Positions 58,625 to 64,000 of a stretch of DNA of 64,000 nucleotides are shown piece after piece (position 1 is the stretch's first letter; each line of letters starts with the position of its first letter). The translations under genes and the position numbers were made by a program. A model generated the notes under the pieces. The model worked only from the letters and a program-made list of their open reading frames with translations. It was not told where the DNA came from and searched no databases. The stretch lies in assembly GCA_015065105.1 (NCBI GenBank), contig SVQZ01000001.1, positions 40,996 through 104,995 on the forward strand, in the 5' to 3' direction. This stretch comes from Oscillospiraceae bacterium (GTDB taxonomy: Bacteria; Bacillota; Clostridia; Oscillospirales; CAG-272).

Positions 58625-59638
58625 TCAATAGCCTTTAGGATTATTCTTCTGCCAATTCCATGAATCCCGGCACATATCCTCGAGAGTATGTACTGCCTTC
58701 CAGCCAAGCTTATTAAGAGCCTTGGAGGCATCGGCATAGCATTCCGCAACGTCACCGGGACGGCGGGGTGCGATTACGTAAGGAACCTTGATACCGTTCA
58801 CCTTTTCAAAGGCATTTACTATATCAAGAACACTGTAGCCGGTTCCTGTACCGAGGTTGAACACCTCAACGCCCTTTTCCTTAAAGGAATAACGAAGAGC
58901 TGCAAGATGACCGAGGGCGAGGTCAACAACGTGAAGAAAATCGCGGACACCTGTACCGTCATGAGTAGGATAATCATTACCGAGTACATTTAAACGTTCG
59001 AGCTTTCCTACAGCTACCTGTGTGATATAAGGCATAAGATTATTTGGAATACCGTTGGGGTTTTCACCGATCCTGCCGCTCTTGTGCGCCCCTATGGGGT
59101 TGAAGTAACGAAGAAGAACAACGGACATATCGGGATTTGCCTTTGCAACGTCAGTTAAGATCTGTTCATTCATGAGCTTAGTCCATCCGTAGGGATTTGT
59201 ACATCCTGTGGGCATGGTCTCAACAAGCGGAACTGTTTCGGGAATACCGTAAACGGTTGCGGAAGAGCTGAATACAAGATTGTAACAGCCGTATTTCTTC
59301 ATAACACGAAGGAGTACAAGGGTGGAATTAATGTTATTATCATAGTACATTTCGGGCTTTGCAACAGATTCGCCTACAGCCTTATAGCCTGCAAAATGTA
59401 CAACAGCGTCTATCTTTTCTGCATCGAAGAGCTTTTCAAGGGACGCTTCGTCACAAACGTCTATTTCATAAAATACAGGTCTTTTCCCGCCGAGCTCCTC
59501 TATACGGTTAAGAACCTCAGGGCAGCTGTTGCTGAAATTATCGGCAATAACGACTTCCCATCCGTCATTCAAAAGCTCTACTGCGGTATGTGAGCCGATA
59601 TATCCGGCACCGCCTGTTAAAAGTATTTTCTTATTCAT
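58625..59638 (-). CDS. galE: UDP-glucose 4-epimerase
   Basis: TGGAGYIGSH, KAVGES, SSSATVYG, YGWTK, RYFNP, PNNLMPY. Confidence 0.96.
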   Translation of the reverse strand: MNKKILLTGGAGYIGSHTAVELLNDGWEVVIADNFSNSCPEVLNRIEELGGKRPVFYEIDVCDEASLEKLFDAEKIDAVVHFAGYKAVGESVAKPEMYYDNNINSTLVLLRVMKKYGCYNLVFSSSATVYGIPETVPLVETMPTGCTNPYGWTKLMNEQILTDVAKANPDMSVVLLRYFNPIGAHKSGRIGENPNGIPNNLMPYITQVAVGKLERLNVLGNDYPTHDGTGVRDFLHVVDLALGHLAALRYSFKEKGVEVFNLGTGTGYSVLDIVNAFEKVNGIKVPYVIAPRRPGDVAECYADASKALNKLGWKAVHTLEDMCRDSWNWQKNNPKGY

Positions 59639-59649
59639 AATGACCTCCG

Positions 59650-61236
59650 CTAAAATGCCAACGAGCCTGCGACAGGAATATAGACCTGTGCGCCCATAGG
59701 CAAGGATTTTTTATCATAATAATATTTTTTTAATTGATTTAAAAGATGCTCGGTTGATTCCTTTTTTACAAGTATAATTATACATCCACCGAGGCCTGCG
59801 CCCGAAAGCTCCGCTCCAAGAACACCGTCTATAGACATTGCAAAGTCAACCAAGGCGTCGATTGTAACCGTTGAACAGCCGTAGCCTCCCGGCTGACAGT
59901 AAAGCTTCGCCGTAGGATCACCCATATGATAGTCCTCGATAAGGGTCTTAAGATAATCATCCGAAACAGAATAATCATAGGCCTTTTTGCCCTTTGCCAC
60001 TCTGTCACCGTCATGGCTGATGCTCATAAGTCTGCCTAATGCTTCATACTCTTTCTTTTCAAGAAGTTCAAGACATACGTTTGCACGAAGGCACTCTGTG
60101 ATTCCGTACATAAGAGTACTTCTTATCTCGTATTTATCCGGTGCATTGTGGGTCTTTAGTATTCTGTCGATCTCCTTTTTATGCTCGGGAAGCTCTGAAT
60201 ACACCTCGTCAAGCGTCATATATTCGGGCACCCTCAAAAGCATTCTGTATATCTCGGCATCATCAATACCGAGATGACCGGGGTTTATATGCTTAAGATA
60301 TTGCAGTTTATCCGCATATTCGGGATTATTCTTTCTGAACATCCAAAAGCCGAATTCGTAGCAGGCGACCTTTTGGTTAAATTTGTCTCGTGCTCCCTCG
60401 CTTTTTTTGGCTTCAACAAAGCTGTTGGCAACAACAACGTTATAGTCGGTGGGAAAATCCACGCTCTTTCCTATCTTAAAGGGGCAGAAATCGAGATGGG
60501 TTATCATATCACGGTTTCCGCATTTCATAGCCGCATGATCTCCCGCTCCGCCTCGTGAGCCGACAAACCATTCACCCTCGCCGCAAAGATGAACGAAATC
60601 ATTGGCCCGTATATTTAACTCGTTTAACGCAACGAGAGCTTCTGTTGTTGCAACAACTATGCTCGAAGAGGAGGAAAGCCCTGCCGCCATGGGAATATTA
60701 CCGCAAAAAAGCATATCCATGCCGTAGAAATTATTATCCTTATATTCAAGGGCAAGGCGTAATACGGATGCTTTAACGTAATTACCCCATTCACCCTTCG
60801 TTTCCATTACAAGCTTCAATATCTCGTCGCTTTCAATATAATCTATCCAATTTTCATTTTCGCTCTTATGAAGAGTTTCTGCAATAGAAAACGAGCTTGA
60901 AGCAAACTTGGGATCGACGTTAGACATATTAACAATGTCATCATCACGTTTTCCGCATATAAGCAGAGTCTCACGGTCGATGCTCATTACGTTGATCGAG
61001 CCGCCGCGATGCTCAATATGTCTGCCTAATATATTTACTCTGCCCGGCGAACGGGTTATAACAGTATCTTTATCTCCGTATCGTTCGATAAATACGTCTA
61101 TCATCGAGATAAGGGTCATTCTTCTTTCAGCTATCAGAGCACCCTGATCGGGACCGTATATAAGCTCAAAAAACTCTTTTATATGAGGATCCCAATCTAA
61201 AAACAGCTTTTTCCATTCAGAGGCAAGACGTATCAT
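59650..61236 (-). CDS. galactokinase-like GHMP sugar-1-kinase with atypical substrate motif
   Basis: PGRVNILGRHIEHRGG, PMAAGLSSSS, GAGLGGC; 528 aa. Confidence 0.85.
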   Translation of the reverse strand: MIRLASEWKKLFLDWDPHIKEFFELIYGPDQGALIAERRMTLISMIDVFIERYGDKDTVITRSPGRVNILGRHIEHRGGSINVMSIDRETLLICGKRDDDIVNMSNVDPKFASSSFSIAETLHKSENENWIDYIESDEILKLVMETKGEWGNYVKASVLRLALEYKDNNFYGMDMLFCGNIPMAAGLSSSSSIVVATTEALVALNELNIRANDFVHLCGEGEWFVGSRGGAGDHAAMKCGNRDMITHLDFCPFKIGKSVDFPTDYNVVVANSFVEAKKSEGARDKFNQKVACYEFGFWMFRKNNPEYADKLQYLKHINPGHLGIDDAEIYRMLLRVPEYMTLDEVYSELPEHKKEIDRILKTHNAPDKYEIRSTLMYGITECLRANVCLELLEKKEYEALGRLMSISHDGDRVAKGKKAYDYSVSDDYLKTLIEDYHMGDPTAKLYCQPGGYGCSTVTIDALVDFAMSIDGVLGAELSGAGLGGCIIILVKKESTEHLLNQLKKYYYDKKSLPMGAQVYIPVAGSLAF

Positions 61237-62159
61237 ATATTCTCCTGTTCCTTTTCAATAGAGGCGAAATAATCGCTTACTTCCTTAAGCTCCTCTTGTG
61301 TGGCAAATGTAAGCATATCTTCTTTTTTCTCAATAGGAATAACACTTGCACCGAAGCGCTCGGTGAGTGCGTTTACAGCGTCGGTGAGATATACCTCACC
61401 CTGGGCATTATCCGAGCCTAATTTTTTGATCTCCCTTATAGCTTCTGTTGTATCTACAATATAGGTGGCGGTATTAACATAGGGCATAGACTCAATTTGT
61501 TCACCGCTGAATCTCTCTCCGGCAAGCACAACACTGCTTTTAAGAGAATCACCTGCCTCCAAACAATAATCAAGAATCTTTTTCTTCTTTTTTTCGTTTA
61601 TATCATATTCAGCAAGCTTATCTTCAAAGCTTTCTTTTGTTTTATTATCAAGAGAGCCCAATATCAGCGAATACGAATCGGTCATTTCATAGATTCCGCA
61701 TACCTTGCCGTCTCTTTGGGCTATTCTTCCGCCTCCGGGATTAAAGGGCTTTTTCTGCACAGCAAATACAGCCTTAACATCCGATCCTTCATATTCTTCG
61801 GTAAGCTTTTCAATAACATCTGAAGAAATTATCTTGTCGCCCATTGCAATAAAGGCCGCACCTTTACAGCCAAGCTTTTTAAGGGCGCTAAGTCCTACAA
61901 GAGCGGCATTTCCCGTTCCCTTCTGCTCGGCCTGATAGGCATAGGCAATGCCTTCAATGTCACAAAGCGACTCCATCACCTTCTCGGCGCGGTGGCCGAC
62001 AACACATAAAAAACGATCGATTCCTGCTTTTTTCATATTAAGTATTGATCTTTTAACTGCAGGAATACCGTTGACCTCCATACAAACCTTGTTTGTTGAA
62101 TCGTCATTCATACGGCTTCCTTTGCCCGCGCATAAAAGAACGGCAACGATTTCCTTCAT
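61233..62159 (-). CDS. GlmU-N-like sugar-phosphate nucleotidyltransferase
   Basis: LCAGKGSRM..NKV, Q.EQKGTG, GD, NAQGEVYLTD; internal insertion; ATGA-coupled to the kinase. Confidence 0.82.
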   Translation of the reverse strand: MKEIVAVLLCAGKGSRMNDDSTNKVCMEVNGIPAVKRSILNMKKAGIDRFLCVVGHRAEKVMESLCDIEGIAYAYQAEQKGTGNAALVGLSALKKLGCKGAAFIAMGDKIISSDVIEKLTEEYEGSDVKAVFAVQKKPFNPGGGRIAQRDGKVCGIYEMTDSYSLILGSLDNKTKESFEDKLAEYDINEKKKKKILDYCLEAGDSLKSSVVLAGERFSGEQIESMPYVNTATYIVDTTEAIREIKKLGSDNAQGEVYLTDAVNALTERFGASVIPIEKKEDMLTFATQEELKEVSDYFASIEKEQENI

Positions 62160-62219
62160 CTGACTTACCTCATAAGTGTATTCAAATTATTATATTATAA
62201 AATTTCTTATATGTCAAGT

Positions 62220-62594
62220 TTATTCTTCAATAGGATAAGCCATTGTTGTCATGAGCGCCAGCTCTCTTCTTGACGTGTCAAGACGTGAGTACTGAACCAC
62301 GATGGGAGTATTCGATTCAATAAGCAAGGCATAAGGAACGTCCCGCATCAAGAGTTCGCCTTTTGAATCTCTTATTTTATCCATTCTTATGTGATGAGTT
62401 CTTCCTGCCTTACATAAGGATACAACGTCATTCTTTGCATCCATATCCTCGTAGAAAAGAGTCATCTTGATTTCGGCATCCACCTCGGATGTATTGAGAA
62501 CACAAACCGCCTCGTGGCTGTTCCAATCGTTGAGTGATTTAGAATTTAAATAATTGTCGGCGATAAGCCAAGTCTTTTTACCATATGCTTTCAT
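62220..62594 (-). CDS. Anabaena sensory rhodopsin transducer (ASRT) family protein
   Basis: GKKTWLIAD.Y...SHEAVCVLNT...RTHHIR...PYA..IES..PIVVQYSRLDT...ALMTTMAY matches my recollection of the ASRT family. Confidence 0.8.
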   Translation of the reverse strand: MKAYGKKTWLIADNYLNSKSLNDWNSHEAVCVLNTSEVDAEIKMTLFYEDMDAKNDVVSLCKAGRTHHIRMDKIRDSKGELLMRDVPYALLIESNTPIVVQYSRLDTSRRELALMTTMAYPIEE

Positions 62595-62623
62595 TATTAA
62601 AACCTCGCAATTAATATGATATA

Positions 62624-64000
62624 TTATTCAACATTAACAACATAATAGTTATAGCTTTCATCGTTATACTGTACGCAGAAAGTATATCTTCCTTTATCAA
62701 GTGTGAATGATACGGAATCTGCGTTAATTTTAGATGATGAAACAGAAATGCTTCCTTCGGCGTTCTTTATCTGACTTGAAGTTTGATATTCACCCATTGC
62801 ATATCTTATTACTTTAAGATCATCAAGTTTTTCGAAAGAAACAGTGTTATTGGTTTGTTTCATAATGGGGCTCTTTTTAACAACTTCATACTTATAAATA
62901 ACAGAATAACCGTTTTCATAACAAACAGCAACAGAAACGAGACCTTCATTTCTATACTGAACAGTATATTCTGTTACGTTTGCCAAAACGTCTTTTGAAG
63001 TAAAAGCTCGTGCTGACTCTCCCCTTTTAATTTCGGCTACTGTATTATAATCACCGTAAGCAGTACGGATAACCTTAACACCTTCAAGATTACCTACTTT
63101 TAGTTGCATGCCGTTTGGGGTAAATGTAGGTTCATTTGCATCAACAGAAGCAAAGAATAATTTAGCCCGTCCGTCATTATATCTTATAAGTACTGAATAT
63201 GCCCCTATTTTAGTGGCATTATATGAATAATAATTGTTATCACCAAGTTTAGCCGAAGTAAGACCATATTCAAGATTGTTTTTTATATCACGGTAGCTGT
63301 AATAATAACCGTGAGCAAAAAATATATCTTTCACATTGTAAATATTATTCAATGCAATAGTCATTTCATCAACTGTTATCTGATCAAAGTATTCTACAAC
63401 GAAATTTTTATTTTTGTAAAATGTGTCTGCCGCGGATTTTTTATTGCATATGATCTTTTTATCTTCACTGTACAGTTGATTCGGAGACGGGAAAGAATTG
63501 TCAAACAACTCAATGTCATCATTATAAATAACAAACTCGGATAAATAATAGAAATTACAGAATACTTTGTCATTAACCTTGGTTATCTCTTTCGGCAGCA
63601 CCAATTCGGTTATCATTTCATTGTTCAAATATAAACGTGCATCGTATTCTCTGTTAAATAATATACCCGACATTTCAATTTCACAATAAGATTTCAGGTC
63701 AGAAATATAAACGTCAAGATCTCCATAGGCATTGCCGAAAGCATAACTGCCGATTTTTTTAAGACTTGGCGGAATAACCAACTTTGTTATCTTTTCGCTT
63801 AATCCTTCAAAAACGTGAGATTTAATTTCAGTTACGTCATCCGGTATAACAAGTTCCGTAACCATATTTCCGTTTAAATAGAGGTCGTTATTTCTTATCA
63901 AAGAATTGTTACCGTAAACATGAACGTTGCACCATGAAGCCAGGTCTCTTATATGCAATTCGTTAATTCCGCAACCGCCTTTGAATGAATTCCAGCCAAG
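62624..64000 (-). CDS. BspA-type leucine-rich repeat surface protein (5'-truncated by window) with a repeated C-terminal module
   Basis: LVIPDDVTEIKSHVF / LVIPPSLKKIGSYAF LRR_5 units; frame open to the window end. Confidence 0.8.
   Translation of the reverse strand, partial: LGWNSFKGGCGINELHIRDLASWCNVHVYGNNSLIRNNDLYLNGNMVTELVIPDDVTEIKSHVFEGLSEKITKLVIPPSLKKIGSYAFGNAYGDLDVYISDLKSYCEIEMSGILFNREYDARLYLNNEMITELVLPKEITKVNDKVFCNFYYLSEFVIYNDDIELFDNSFPSPNQLYSEDKKIICNKKSAADTFYKNKNFVVEYFDQITVDEMTIALNNIYNVKDIFFAHGYYYSYRDIKNNLEYGLTSAKLGDNNYYSYNATKIGAYSVLIRYNDGRAKLFFASVDANEPTFTPNGMQLKVGNLEGVKVIRTAYGDYNTVAEIKRGESARAFTSKDVLANVTEYTVQYRNEGLVSVAVCYENGYSVIYKYEVVKKSPIMKQTNNTVSFEKLDDLKVIRYAMGEYQTSSQIKNAEGSISVSSSKINADSVSFTLDKGRYTFCVQYNDESYNYYVVNVE

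Overview
Chromosomal, mostly core-genome segment of a spore-forming low-GC Firmicute, probably an uncultured Clostridia/Oscillospiraceae-like organism (inferred from sigK, spoIVB, ylmC, a SipL-like gene, polC and the rpsB-tsf-pyrH-frr-uppS-cdsA-dxr-rseP-ispG-polC block). About 55 CDSs cover central metabolism (pgi, PPi-PFK, serC/serA, metK, guaB, glpK), translation and replication, sporulation, vitamin uptake (cobalamin riboswitch + ECF, BioY) and sugar salvage. There is one tRNA-Thr(GGT), a SAM-I riboswitch and a probable rpsB leader. I found no transposase, integrase, prophage or cas gene. The most unusual signals are non-coding or architectural: (1) a dispersed ~90-bp element docked in fixed polarity against intrinsic terminators at four convergent junctions; (2) a mirror-symmetric AGTGAAGTT/AACTTCACT mini-hairpin array behind the tRNA; (3) a 274-bp MITE-like insert with a duplicated 22-bp terminator; (4) a 49-50-bp-period repeat array upstream of the ribulokinase operon; (5) sigK lying antisense inside an apparent cca-ppx-trmH transcription unit; (6) an ASRT / nucleotidyltransferase / atypical GHMP kinase / GalE sugar-salvage cluster. 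All calls come from motif recognition by eye, with no database searches.
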